Both the position numbers and the translations under genes were made by a program. This document shows positions 11,405 to 21,353 of a stretch of DNA of 64,000 nucleotides, piece by piece; the stretch's first letter is position 1; each line of letters starts with the position of its first letter. Under the pieces are notes generated by a model. That model was not told where the DNA came from and made no database searches. It saw only the letters and a program-made list of their open reading frames with translations. Source of the stretch: an uncultured virus (IMG/VR IMGVR_UViG_3300046170_000325) (taxonomy: Duplodnaviria > Heunggongvirae > Uroviricota > Caudoviricetes); IMG/VR virus record IMGVR_UViG_3300046170_000325. One strand, given 5' to 3'.

Positions 11405-13864
11405 ATGGCAGACATAGATAAGGCTATTACTTTTGAGGATCAAGTAGAATTAGAAGTTCGTGATCGTTCAAAGGAAATGGAAGTTGAAGTTGACATCGAA
11501 GAGGAGAATCCTGACTTTGAAGGATTTGAAGAAATGGACGATGGCTCTATTATGTTTGGTGCTCCTACACCACCCATGGAAGATACAGACTTTTATGCTA
11601 ATTTAGCTGAGGACTTAGATTCTTCTGATCTTAACAGCCTTGTTAATGATCTGATGGGCAACATTGATTCTGATAAAGAATCCAGATCTGACTGGGAGAA
11701 GACTTACAAAGAAGGACTTGAATACTTAGGTATGAAGTACGAGGAAAGATCCCAACCATTCGAGGGTGCTTCTGGAGTTATGCACCCGCTTTTAGCAGAA
11801 TCTGTTACTCAGTTCCAAGCACAGGCTTATAACGAATTACTCCCATCTCAAGGGCCTGTGAAAACTCAGGTTATCGGTATGGCTAATGCTGAAACAGAGC
11901 AACAAGCTTCGAGAGTTCAAGAGTTTATGAACTACCAGCTTATGCAGGTTATGAAAGAGTATGATTCTGAAACAGATCAGATGTTATTTTATTTACCTTT
12001 GTCAGGATCTGCGTTTAGAAAAGTTTACTACGATCAGAATCTAGGAAGAGCTGTATCAAAGTTTATACCTAGTGAGGACTTAATCGTACCTTACGCTGCC
12101 ACTGACTTACATAGTGCTACAAGAATTACACATGTCATTGATATGTCAATGAATGACATTAAGAAATTACAGCAAATGGGCTTTTATCGTGACGTAGATA
12201 TATCTACAGGTAGTATGATAGCTGACGATATTGATGAGGTTCAAGAAGAAATAGATGAGCTTCAAGGCGTTAGCCCTAGTTACGATGACAATGATACGTG
12301 CAGAGTTCATGAAGTTCATACTGAATTAGATTTAGAAGGCTACGAAGAACTTGACTCTGAAGGAGAGCCAACAGGCATAAAACTACCTTATATCATTACT
12401 ATAGCCAATGATAAGGTGTTATCTATACGTAGAAACTACAAAGAAACAGATCAATTAAAGAGACGTATTAACTACTTTGTTCACTATAAATTCTTACCAG
12501 GGCTAGGATTCTACGGCTTTGGTTTGACTCACATGATAGGTGGCTTGTCTAAAGCATCGACTTCGATACTAAGACAGCTAATTGATTCAGGTACTCTATC
12601 GAACTTACCTGCTGGATTTAAAGCCCGAGGCATTCGTATTCGTAATGATGATCAGCCACTACAACCTGGCGAGTTCAGAGACATGGATGCTCCTGGCGGA
12701 AGTTTGCGAGATGCCTTTGTACCGTTACCTTTTAAGGAACCAAGCCAAACCCTACTCTCTCTCCTGGGTATCTTGGTCGACAGTGGAAGGCGTTTCGCTT
12801 CTATAGCCGATACACAAGTTGGCGATGGTAATCAGAATGCTCCTGTTGGAACAACCATTGCATTATTAGAACGTGGCACTCGTGTAATGAGTGCGATCCA
12901 CAAAAGATTACATTCATCTCAAAGGATTGAGTTTGAGATACTAGCATCTGTATTCAGTGAGTATTTACCACCAGACTATCCTTACTTTACAGCTAATGGC
13001 AATCAACTTATTAAGTCTCAAGACTTTGATGACAGAGTAGACGTACTACCTGTATCAGATCCTAATACTTTCTCTATGAGTCAGAGAGTTATGATGGCTC
13101 AAGAAATACTGAGAACAGTACAAAGCAATCCTGAAATACATGGCCCAACTGGATTACATGAAGCATACAGAAGAATGTATGGTGCTATGGGTGTTCAGAA
13201 TATCGAACAGCTATTACCACCACCACCAGAACCCATGCCTATGGATCCTGCTAATGAGAATGCAGCTTTGATAGCAGGTATGCCTGCTCAAGCTTTTGCA
13301 GGACAAGATCACGATGCACATATTAACTCTCACATGTCGTTATATGGAACTATGACAGCTCAAGCTAATCCTATGGTGCTATCTTTAATTCAAGCACATA
13401 TTTATCAACATGTATCTTTTAGAGCATCTGAAATAGTGGATGAGCAGAATGCACAGAATCCAGAGTTCCAGCAAATGATGCAACAAATACAACAGTTACC
13501 GCCTGAAGCATCTGCTCAATACATGCAACAGATACAAGACAAGGTTGCTAAAGATATAGCAGCAGTGGTTGCTCAGTTGACAGAACAGATCAATGCTATG
13601 TTTATGCCACCACAACCACAACCTGATCCTTTGGTAGAACTAAGAGGTAAGGAATTAGATATTAAGGCTGATGATGTACAAAGAAAACGTGAAGAATTTG
13701 CACAAAGACAAGAGTTTGATGCTATGAAATCTATGGAGAATACCAATCTTGCAGAACAGCGTTTGGCAATTCAAAGAGAAATAGCTACAATGAAGGACGA
13801 CATAGCTAGAGAGCGTATGGATCAAGCCGCACAATTTAAAGCAATGGATATAATGAGAGGATAA
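11405..13864 (+). CDS. Portal protein
   Basis: 819 aa directly after terL; HPLLAESVTQFQAQAY, GSAFRKVYYD, YKFLPGLGFYGFGL; Q-rich coiled-coil C-terminus. Confidence 0.9.
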   Translation: MADIDKAITFEDQVELEVRDRSKEMEVEVDIEEENPDFEGFEEMDDGSIMFGAPTPPMEDTDFYANLAEDLDSSDLNSLVNDLMGNIDSDKESRSDWEKTYKEGLEYLGMKYEERSQPFEGASGVMHPLLAESVTQFQAQAYNELLPSQGPVKTQVIGMANAETEQQASRVQEFMNYQLMQVMKEYDSETDQMLFYLPLSGSAFRKVYYDQNLGRAVSKFIPSEDLIVPYAATDLHSATRITHVIDMSMNDIKKLQQMGFYRDVDISTGSMIADDIDEVQEEIDELQGVSPSYDDNDTCRVHEVHTELDLEGYEELDSEGEPTGIKLPYIITIANDKVLSIRRNYKETDQLKRRINYFVHYKFLPGLGFYGFGLTHMIGGLSKASTSILRQLIDSGTLSNLPAGFKARGIRIRNDDQPLQPGEFRDMDAPGGSLRDAFVPLPFKEPSQTLLSLLGILVDSGRRFASIADTQVGDGNQNAPVGTTIALLERGTRVMSAIHKRLHSSQRIEFEILASVFSEYLPPDYPYFTANGNQLIKSQDFDDRVDVLPVSDPNTFSMSQRVMMAQEILRTVQSNPEIHGPTGLHEAYRRMYGAMGVQNIEQLLPPPPEPMPMDPANENAALIAGMPAQAFAGQDHDAHINSHMSLYGTMTAQANPMVLSLIQAHIYQHVSFRASEIVDEQNAQNPEFQQMMQQIQQLPPEASAQYMQQIQDKVAKDIAAVVAQLTEQINAMFMPPQPQPDPLVELRGKELDIKADDVQRKREEFAQRQEFDAMKSMENTNLAEQRLAIQREIATMKDDIARERMDQAAQFKAMDIMRG

Positions 13865-13866
13865 TT

Positions 13867-14151
13867 ATGAGTTCAGTTAGACAAAAAATGCAGGCTGTTA
13901 ATAAAGCACAGCTTAAAAAAGAAGAGGAGATTAACAATGGCAATGGGACGATCATCAATGAAGATGCAGATAGAAAAATCGACATCGAAGCAATCGCCAA
14001 GAAAGCAGACAAAGATGCTGAGAAGCTCCTTAAAGAAACCGCAGTCAAAGTTAAAAAAGAAAAGCCAAAAGCTAAAACTAAGTCTAAGCCTAAAGCTAAG
14101 ACCGTAGTTAAAAAAAGAGGCAGACCAGCAGGAACTAAAAACAAGAAATAA
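13867..14151 (+). CDS. Lys-rich protein with a C-terminal AT-hook-like KKRGRP motif
   Basis: Composition and [13 protein letters not shown]. Confidence 0.6.
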   Translation: MSSVRQKMQAVNKAQLKKEEEINNGNGTIINEDADRKIDIEAIAKKADKDAEKLLKETAVKVKKEKPKAKTKSKPKAKTVVKKRGRPAGTKNKK

Positions 14152-14152
14152 A

Positions 14153-14293
14153 ATGCCACTAAAAAAAGGTAGCAGTAGAAAGACTATATCTGCTAACATA
14201 GGAGAGTTGGTAAAAAGCGGTAAGAAACAAAAGACTGCTATTGCTATTGCTTTAAGCAAAGCAAAAAAGAAGTCAACCAAAAAAGGAAAGTAA
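14153..14293 (+). CDS. 46-aa basic phage protein
   Basis: My translation [46 protein letters not shown], a recurrent small head-region protein type. Confidence 0.65.
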   Translation: MPLKKGSSRKTISANIGELVKSGKKQKTAIAIALSKAKKKSTKKGK

Positions 14294-14294
14294 T

Positions 14295-14462
14295 ATGAAA
14301 GTAAAATCAAGCGTAACGATTAAAGATCAAGGGACAGTTAATTACTCTGATCCTAAAAAGATTCCTAATGGCTCTGCTCCACAACCACAAGGTTATGGCG
14401 GTGGCAAGTCAAGAGGAGGCGGTGCTGCTCTTAGAGGTACTAAGTTTAAAGGCATTTCCTAA
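14295..14462 (+). CDS. 55-aa basic Gly-rich phage protein
   Basis: My translation ends SRGGGAALRGTKFKGIS; TAATG-coupled to the next gene. Confidence 0.6.
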   Translation: MKVKSSVTIKDQGTVNYSDPKKIPNGSAPQPQGYGGGKSRGGGAALRGTKFKGIS

Positions 14463-16009
14463 TGGGACTTTTTAGTAAATTATCTAAGGCGACAAGAAAA
14501 GGTATACCTGGCAGAGATTCAGGTGGAGGCATGGGATCAGCTATGGCTAGACCTGCTGCACCTAGACCTACCTTAGTTCAAGGCGGCCCAGCTTATTTTA
14601 CTCCTGAAGGTTACACACCACCTATACAACCAGAACAAGCTTTCATGCCTACTGATGTTATGCGTGATCCAATCAGAGATATGTTTGCAGCTCAACCACC
14701 ATTAAGAAGTATTCCTGGGCCACCTCCAATGCCTCCTCGAGATATTACTCCTCCTCCAATTATGTGTTTTGTGGCAGGAACTAAAATTGATATGGCTGAT
14801 GGAACTAAAAAAGTTATTGAAAATATTGCAATGGGAGACGAAGTATTAGCTCTAAATGGTGAAACAGATGTAGTTTCTTATGTACATGATATTCCGAAAG
14901 CTGACAGAAGTTTATGGACTATAAACGATAGAATAACTGCTACAGATGCTCATGCTTTCTTAACTAACGATGGGTGGAAATCTAATAACTCTAAACTATC
15001 TAATACAGTTTATAACGATTATGGAATAGAGGTTAAAGAATTACAGCTAGGTGATAAATTAATAACTAAAGATGGTGTAGAAGAAGTTACAAAACTTGAA
15101 AGTGAAAAAGATTTTATAAAAGTGTATAACTTTACCACTTCTAATACTCATACTTACATGGTTGATGGTGTAGTATCACATAATAAAATGCCACCAATGC
15201 CTCCTTTTATTGGAAGAGAAGAACCTCCTATTATGGTAGAGGATCCTATTGTAGAAGAACCTCCTATGGATATACCTATGGATAACATGATGATAGATCG
15301 TCCTATGATTAGTGGTTTGGAAAATCCAAACTTATTTAATTTTGATTTTTCTAATATTGATATGGATGCAATAAATCAAAGAATAGCTGATGCAGGAGGC
15401 ACGATACCACAAGATCCAGTAATGCCAACAATAGACACTCCAGCACAACCTAGAATAGATGCTATTAGAGAAGCTAGAGGAATGCCTCCAAGAACAAGAG
15501 ATGACTTTATGTCAATCGGTGGCCCTGGAGGTGGAGTGCCAGATCCTAGGGTAGACGAGGGTGTATCCTATTTAGGAGGTAGTCCAACTTTTAATGAGCA
15601 ACAGGGATCAGTCGCAGCTGGTAATGCGTTGCAAGATTTTATAAATAACCAAGGCACTGATTTTAATGATAGACCAATTCCACGTCCATCAATCGGTGGT
15701 GCTGGCGGTGGCTTTTCACCTAAACGTATACCCCCACAAGACTTTGGCTTTGGCCCAGGCATTATGCCGCCAACTCCAGATTTTTTACCTGAAGAAATGC
15801 CTATGCAACCAAGAATGCCTATGCCTATGCAACCAAGAATGCCTATGCCTGCTCCGATAGCATCACCTATACCATCAGATCCTATGCCTATGGCATTAGT
15901 AGATTTACCAAGATTAGAATTACCAAAAATAAACAGAATGGATAGAATGAATGTAATGGACAGACCGATACCTATGATGCCAAGAATGGGAGGAAGAGGT
16001 AGACGTTAA
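14462..16009 (+). CDS. Pro/Met-rich low-complexity protein containing a 140-aa Hint (intein-like/BIL) domain at 14765-15184
   Basis: CFVAGTKIDMADG (block A), TDAH (block B TxxH), VYNFTT (block F), VVSHN (block G), followed by K. Confidence 0.85.
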   Translation: MGLFSKLSKATRKGIPGRDSGGGMGSAMARPAAPRPTLVQGGPAYFTPEGYTPPIQPEQAFMPTDVMRDPIRDMFAAQPPLRSIPGPPPMPPRDITPPPIMCFVAGTKIDMADGTKKVIENIAMGDEVLALNGETDVVSYVHDIPKADRSLWTINDRITATDAHAFLTNDGWKSNNSKLSNTVYNDYGIEVKELQLGDKLITKDGVEEVTKLESEKDFIKVYNFTTSNTHTYMVDGVVSHNKMPPMPPFIGREEPPIMVEDPIVEEPPMDIPMDNMMIDRPMISGLENPNLFNFDFSNIDMDAINQRIADAGGTIPQDPVMPTIDTPAQPRIDAIREARGMPPRTRDDFMSIGGPGGGVPDPRVDEGVSYLGGSPTFNEQQGSVAAGNALQDFINNQGTDFNDRPIPRPSIGGAGGGFSPKRIPPQDFGFGPGIMPPTPDFLPEEMPMQPRMPMPMQPRMPMPAPIASPIPSDPMPMALVDLPRLELPKINRMDRMNVMDRPIPMMPRMGGRGRR

Positions 16010-16037
16010 TAATATTTGAAAATTAGGAGAGAGCTAA

Positions 16038-16232
16038 TTGGACGGAATAAGACTAGCAGAGTATTTTTTTAAAACTTTGCGAGAAAGAGAGAGAAACACT
16101 GTTGACATTATTGCTGGCGGCAATATAAAATCAATGGAAGATTACAAATATCTTATGGGAGAGTTATCAGCGATTCGTTCCCTACAACAAGATTTAAGAG
16201 AAACGCTGCAAATGGATGATAACGATGGTTGA
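16038..16232 (+). CDS. Small phage hypothetical protein
   Basis: TTG start with an AGGAG SD; ...GGNIKSMEDYKYLMGELSAI; lies directly before GroES. Confidence 0.65.
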   Translation: MDGIRLAEYFFKTLRERERNTVDIIAGGNIKSMEDYKYLMGELSAIRSLQQDLRETLQMDDNDG

Positions 16233-16719
16233 TACAATCGCAAAAAAAACAAAATTCGAACAACACAAAGAAGATGTTGCAAAACAAAAAGTTGAAGAAA
16301 ATTCAGAACTAGACAAAGCTTTTATAAAATCAGACGAAAGGGTACTCGATCCTAAACTACTAGATAAATCACTACTTGACAGAATGCCAAATCCTACTGG
16401 ATGGAGAATACTTGTATTGCCATACAGAGGTAAAGGTCAAACTGATGGTGGTATTCAACTAGTTAAAGAAACTTTAGATAAAGAAGCTTTGGCTACAGTG
16501 ATCTGCTATGTTTTAAAAGTAGGCCCATTAGCCTATAAAGATAATAAATTTGGTGAGCCAGATAGAAGATCCCCTTGGTGTAATAAAGGAGATTGGATTC
16601 TAATTGGTAGATATGCAGGAACTCGTTTTAGATTAGAAGATGATAACGAAGTTCGTATTATTAACGATGATGAAGTGATTGCGACAATCCTTGATCCAGA
16701 TGATATTAAATCTTTATAG
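16216..16719 (+). CDS. Phage co-chaperonin GroES (Cpn10) family protein
   Basis: PTGWRILV, TDGGIQL, VLKVGP, GDWILIGRYAG, RIINDDEVIA. Confidence 0.85.
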   Translation: MITMVDTIAKKTKFEQHKEDVAKQKVEENSELDKAFIKSDERVLDPKLLDKSLLDRMPNPTGWRILVLPYRGKGQTDGGIQLVKETLDKEALATVICYVLKVGPLAYKDNKFGEPDRRSPWCNKGDWILIGRYAGTRFRLEDDNEVRIINDDEVIATILDPDDIKSL

Positions 16720-16728
16720 GAGTAAAGA

Positions 16729-17724
16729 ATGAGCGAAGAAGCACAGAATATAGATATAGAAATTACAGATGAAAAAATTGAAAAGGCCGCACTTCCAGAG
16801 AATAGGAGAGTGGAAGATGAGGTACAAGAAGATCCTGTAGAAGTTGAAATTAAAGAAGAGGTATCAGCAGCATCTGAAGATGAGATACAAGAAGACTTTG
16901 AAGTTTCACCTAAAGTAGAAGAAAAAGCAAAGGATCAGTCAGAGGTAGAAAAGAGAGCTACCCTTGCACAAAACAGAATTAACAAAGCTGTAGCACAAGC
17001 CAAAGAGTTTCAAAGAAGGGAGCTGATGGCTATTCAGTATGCTAAAGATCTTAAAGATCAAAATGAAAAACTAAGACAGTCTCAAAAAACTTTTCAATCT
17101 AGTTACGGTGATGAGTTTGGTAATAGAGTTGAATCTCAACTTAGCTTATCAAAACAAGCATTAAGACAAGCAACTGAAGCTGGAGATTCTGAAGCTATAG
17201 CAACAGCAACAGAAGCTTTAAGCATGGCAACAGCTGATAAAGCTAGACATGAGCAGTATTTAATACAGCAAAAACAATACGATGCTCAAGAGCAAGCTTA
17301 TATAGAACAGGCTCAACAACAACAGGTTTATCAACAAGCTCAACCTGTTCAAGAAGAATATAATGAACCATCAGACAAAGCTCGTGACTGGGCAAATAAG
17401 AATACTTGGTTTGGAAAAGATCAAGTTGCAACAAGTGTTGCCTTTGCAGTTCACAAACAATTAGAGAATGAAGGCTTTGACACAGAGAGTGATGAGTATT
17501 ATAGTGAAATAGATAAGCGAGTGCGACAAGAGTTGCCTCAAAGATTTAACGTGGAAGCAGACAAGAAACCCGTCCAAACTGTCGCTTCAGCTACACGCAA
17601 CACATCGACTGGACGCAAACAAAATCGTATCGAGTTGACACCGAGCGAACAGCAACTAGCTAAGAAGCTTGGAGTGTCATTTAAAGATTACGCAAAACAA
17701 AAAGCGAGGTTACAAAAATCATGA
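16729..17724 (+). CDS. Putative capsid scaffolding protein
   Basis: Acidic N-terminus, coiled coil, C-terminal LTPSEQQLAKKLGVSFKDYAK; upstream of the capsid genes. Confidence 0.65.
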   Translation: MSEEAQNIDIEITDEKIEKAALPENRRVEDEVQEDPVEVEIKEEVSAASEDEIQEDFEVSPKVEEKAKDQSEVEKRATLAQNRINKAVAQAKEFQRRELMAIQYAKDLKDQNEKLRQSQKTFQSSYGDEFGNRVESQLSLSKQALRQATEAGDSEAIATATEALSMATADKARHEQYLIQQKQYDAQEQAYIEQAQQQQVYQQAQPVQEEYNEPSDKARDWANKNTWFGKDQVATSVAFAVHKQLENEGFDTESDEYYSEIDKRVRQELPQRFNVEADKKPVQTVASATRNTSTGRKQNRIELTPSEQQLAKKLGVSFKDYAKQKARLQKS

Positions 17725-18221
17725 GCAAAGAAATAGATAATAAAACTGAAGATAACAGAGCTACTAGAAACTCTGATACTAGAGAGACAAAAGCCAGACC
17801 TAAAGTTTGGAAGATGCCTTCAGCGTTAGAACTACCAGAAGAAGCTATTAAAGTAGCTGAATCACAAGGTATTACTTATCGTTGGATCAGAGAATCTGTA
17901 CTAGGCCAAGATGACAAAACGAATGTCTCAAAAAGATTTCGTGAAGGATTCGAGGTTGTTAGACCAGATGAATTACCTGGATTTCATGATTTACCTACAG
18001 TCGATGATGGTCGTCATGCAGGAGTAATTGGAGTTGGTGGGTTGATACTGTGCAAAATAGATAAAGAAATCGCAGATCAAAGAAATGAATTTTTTGAACA
18101 ACAAACCAGCAATCAAATGTCTGCTGTAGAAAATGACCTGATGCGTGAAGAGAATCCAGCGATGCCAATCTCAAGAGAGGTTAAATCAAAGGTGACTTTT
18201 GGTGGAGGAAACAGAGGATAA
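17721..18221 (+). CDS. Head-region hypothetical protein
   Basis: YRWIRES...GFEVVR...GVGGLILCKI; ATGA coupling. Confidence 0.6.
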   Translation: MSKEIDNKTEDNRATRNSDTRETKARPKVWKMPSALELPEEAIKVAESQGITYRWIRESVLGQDDKTNVSKRFREGFEVVRPDELPGFHDLPTVDDGRHAGVIGVGGLILCKIDKEIADQRNEFFEQQTSNQMSAVENDLMREENPAMPISREVKSKVTFGGGNRG

Positions 18222-18265
18222 CTCTGTAACTCTATATATAAATTTAATTATAGGAAACATAAAAA

Positions 18266-18850
18266 ATGGCAAATTTAGATGCTTCATTTGGAATGAAACC
18301 CGTAAGAATGATGGGTGGTTCACCTTACTCAGGTGGACAAAGCCGTTATAGAATCGCTGCTAACTATGGAACCAGTATCTTCCAAGGAGATATGGTAATG
18401 CAGGTAACTGGAGGCGGTGTAGAAATACATGCTGACGGTGGAACTGTACCGATTGTTGGCGTATTCAATGGCTGTAAATACACTGATCCTACTTCGGGTG
18501 AACAAGTATTTAGTAATTATTACCCTGCAAGCACAAATGCTTCAGACATAATTGCTTTCATAATCGATGATCCCAACGTGGTCTTCGAGATTCAAGCAGA
18601 CGACACTTTCCCAGTGGCTGATCTGTTTGGTAACTTTGACATCGTTTACACAACTGCGGGAAGTACCTTAAGTGGTATTTCAGGAGCAGAGTTAGATGTC
18701 ACAACAGGTGCTACAACAGCAGGTTTACCGATCAAAGCGATTGATATTTCAGAAGATCCTGAAAATTCAGACGTTGCTTCGGCAAACACTAATGTTTTAG
18801 TTGTTATTCAAAATCATATCTGCGGCCAAAAAGGTGCAGGTCTAGCTTAA
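18266..18850 (+). CDS. Putative capsid decoration/cement protein
   Basis: Rich in G/A/T/S and predicted beta strands; directly before the major capsid gene. Confidence 0.55.
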   Translation: MANLDASFGMKPVRMMGGSPYSGGQSRYRIAANYGTSIFQGDMVMQVTGGGVEIHADGGTVPIVGVFNGCKYTDPTSGEQVFSNYYPASTNASDIIAFIIDDPNVVFEIQADDTFPVADLFGNFDIVYTTAGSTLSGISGAELDVTTGATTAGLPIKAIDISEDPENSDVASANTNVLVVIQNHICGQKGAGLA

Positions 18851-18865
18851 TAAGGAGTATAAATT

Positions 18866-19774
18866 ATGGCAATTTCAAGAGCACAATTAGCTAAAGAATT
18901 GGAGCCTGGTTTAAATGCCTTATTTGGCATGGAATACAACAGGTACGAACAACAACATGCAGAGATATTTGAGACAGAATCCTCAGATAGAGCATTTGAA
19001 GAAGAAACCATGATCGTTGGTTTCGGTAACGCTAAAGTAAAAACAGAAGGGCAAGGAGTCGAATTTGACAGTGCTACTGAAGGTTTTACTGCTAGGTATT
19101 CACATGAAACCATAGCGTTAGCATTTGCACTAACTGAAGAGGCTATCGAAGATAACCTGTATGACAGATTGGGAGCTCGATACACAAAAGCTCTAGCAAG
19201 ATCCATGGCACATACAAAGCAAGTGAAAGCTGCTTCTGTGCTTAACAACGCATTCTCATCAAGCTTTACTGGAGGAGATGGCAAGGCACTTGTTGCTACT
19301 GATCACCCACTAACAGGTGGCGGTACATTAAGTAATAGACCTAGCACTTATTCAGACTTGAACGAGACTTCATTAGAAGATGCAATTATTTCAGTTTCAA
19401 CTTTTGTTGATGACAGAAATATGGTAATTGCTTTACAAGGTAAAAAATTAGTAATACCACCACAACTACAATTTGTGGCTGATAGACTTTTAAATACACC
19501 AGGTAGAGTAGGAACATCTGACAATGACATCAACTCTATTAAGAATATGGGCATGGTATCCGATGGATACACTGTTAATAACTTCTTAACAGATAACGAT
19601 GCGTGGTTCTTGTTGACAGACTGTCCTGATGGATTTAAACACTTCGAGAGATCTCCTCTTTCAACTTCTATGGAAGGTGACTTTGATACTGGCAACGTCA
19701 GATTCAAAGCTAGAGAAAGATACTCATTTGGATTCTCAAATCCAAGAGCAGTGTTTGCATCTCAAGGTGCATAA
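18866..19774 (+). CDS. Major capsid protein (Mu gpT-like family)
   Basis: MAISRAQLAKELEPGLNALFG...GDFDTGNVRFKARERYSFG; strong TAAGGAG SD; followed by a terminator. Confidence 0.9.
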   Translation: MAISRAQLAKELEPGLNALFGMEYNRYEQQHAEIFETESSDRAFEEETMIVGFGNAKVKTEGQGVEFDSATEGFTARYSHETIALAFALTEEAIEDNLYDRLGARYTKALARSMAHTKQVKAASVLNNAFSSSFTGGDGKALVATDHPLTGGGTLSNRPSTYSDLNETSLEDAIISVSTFVDDRNMVIALQGKKLVIPPQLQFVADRLLNTPGRVGTSDNDINSIKNMGMVSDGYTVNNFLTDNDAWFLLTDCPDGFKHFERSPLSTSMEGDFDTGNVRFKARERYSFGFSNPRAVFASQGA

Positions 19775-19790
19775 TCTTAACTGATTGTTT

Positions 19791-19818
19791 AAAGGGAGCT
19801 TCGGCTCCCTTTTTTTTT
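19791..19818 (+). terminator. Rho-independent terminator after the major capsid gene
   Basis: GGGAGC-TTCG-GCTCCC-T9. Confidence 0.92.
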
Positions 19819-19844
19819 AGATCAAACTAATATACAATCGAAGG

Positions 19845-19905
19845 ACTAGGATTTATTAACTTGTTCTACAGACTGACCTAGCAGACAAGCCAAGACAGTA
19901 GAACT
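19845..19905 (+). ncRNA. Candidate pseudoknotted RNA downstream of the gpT-like capsid gene (possibly Mu-gpT-DE motif)
   Basis: CTAGG 19846-50 pairs with CCTAG 19877-81; GTTCTAC 19863-69 pairs with GTAGAAC 19898-904 (crossed stems); TACAAT -10-like box at 19833. Confidence 0.5.
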
Positions 19906-19925
19906 TATTTTTCGGGAGAAAAATT

Positions 19926-20432
19926 ATGGCAAAAAGCACTTTTTCAGGCCCAATAAAATCTTTAGCAGGATTTATTTCGGCAGGTAATGCAAACGTAGTT
20001 AGCTTAACGGCTGACACTACATTAACAGTAGACTCTCATGCAGGTAAAATTCTTACTTGTAACGATGCAGATGGTAAATTTACTTTACCTAGTATTGTTT
20101 CAACAGATCCTGGAGATAACACAGATCCAAATCAGTTAAATAATTTAGGAGCTTCTTTCTTCTTTGTTGTAGAAACCGCAGCTACAGATATGGACATTCT
20201 AACTGATGGAACAGATAAGTTCGTTGGTGGTGTGTATACAGGTGTAGATGACAATACTGGTAAAACTTTTATTTCAGCTGCATCTAATGATGTTATTACT
20301 ATGAATGGATCAACTAAAGGTGGATTAGTTGGTAGTATTGTAAAAGTAACTGCTATGGCTTCTGCTAAGTATGCTGTAGAAGGTATTATTTTAGGATCAG
20401 GAACTTTAGTAACACCATTTGCTGACGCATAA
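19926..20432 (+). CDS. Putative virion structural protein
   Basis: Starts MAKSTFSGPI; rich in T/G/A/D; post-capsid position. Confidence 0.6.
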   Translation: MAKSTFSGPIKSLAGFISAGNANVVSLTADTTLTVDSHAGKILTCNDADGKFTLPSIVSTDPGDNTDPNQLNNLGASFFFVVETAATDMDILTDGTDKFVGGVYTGVDDNTGKTFISAASNDVITMNGSTKGGLVGSIVKVTAMASAKYAVEGIILGSGTLVTPFADA

Positions 20433-20442
20433 GGAGTAGATT

Positions 20443-20844
20443 ATGGCAGATGCAGTAACTTCTCAAACCATACAAGATACCGATAGGAAAGCAATTATGC
20501 GGTTTACTAATGTCAGCGATGGCAGTGGTGAATCTGCTGTTAAAAAAGTTGATGTTTCAGCTTTAAGTGCTAACTCCTCTGGTCAAGCTTGTACTTCTGT
20601 AAGTATTGCAAAAATTTGGTGGATGACTGTTGGCATGAGTGTTAAGTTGGAGTTTGATGCTTCAACAAATGTTTTACTTACACACATACCATCAGATGCT
20701 ACTGGAGATGAGTATTATGATTCATTTACAGGCATACCAAATAATGCAGGATCAGGAGTAACTGGTGATATTGATTTTACTACTGTTGGTCATAGTAGTG
20801 GCGATGCCTACCATATCATTTTAGAGATGGTAAAAAACTATTAA
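20443..20844 (+). CDS. Putative virion structural protein
   Basis: MADAVTSQTI...GVTGDIDFTT; TAAGGAG SD. Confidence 0.6.
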   Translation: MADAVTSQTIQDTDRKAIMRFTNVSDGSGESAVKKVDVSALSANSSGQACTSVSIAKIWWMTVGMSVKLEFDASTNVLLTHIPSDATGDEYYDSFTGIPNNAGSGVTGDIDFTTVGHSSGDAYHIILEMVKNY

Positions 20845-20847
20845 TGA

Positions 20848-21150
20848 ATGGCTACCAGAGCAAGATCTAAACCAATACGCAGAACTACCAAAGGTAAATC
20901 AGCTAATTTTCGTCCCACTAAAAGTGGGGCGGGAATGACTAAGAAAGGAGTTCGTGCATATAGGAAAGCCAATCCTGGTAGTAAATTAAAAACAGCAGTA
21001 ACAGGTAAAGTTAAAAAAGGTAGCAAAGCCGCAAAAAGACGCAAGTCTTATTGTGCAAGATCAGCAGGACAATTAAAGCGTAGCTCTGCTAAAACAAGAA
21101 ATGATCCAAATTCAAGAATACGTCAAGCAAGACGAAGGTGGAAGTGCTAA
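20848..21150 (+). CDS. Highly basic phage protein
   Basis: GAGMTKKGV...NPGSKLKTAVT...RRKSYCARS...RRRWKC. Confidence 0.65.
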   Translation: MATRARSKPIRRTTKGKSANFRPTKSGAGMTKKGVRAYRKANPGSKLKTAVTGKVKKGSKAAKRRKSYCARSAGQLKRSSAKTRNDPNSRIRQARRRWKC

Positions 21151-21353
21151 TGGCTAAAATATGTCCGAAAGGAAAAGCATGGGCTAAAAGAACATTTGAT
21201 ACATATCCCTCAGCTTATGCAAACATGGCTGCGTCTAAGTATTGTAAAGATCCAAACTATGCCAAAGGATCAAAAAAGAAACCAAAGAAAATGAAAGATG
21301 GCGGACTTGTAGGTGGAGGCAGACAGGCTAGACAAGACAGGCAAAGATTTTAA
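21150..21353 (+). CDS. Small basic protein (YPSAYAN motif)
   Basis: ATG 21150 coupled by TAATG; contains MKDGGLV. Confidence 0.6.
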   Translation: MAKICPKGKAWAKRTFDTYPSAYANMAASKYCKDPNYAKGSKKKPKKMKDGGLVGGGRQARQDRQRF

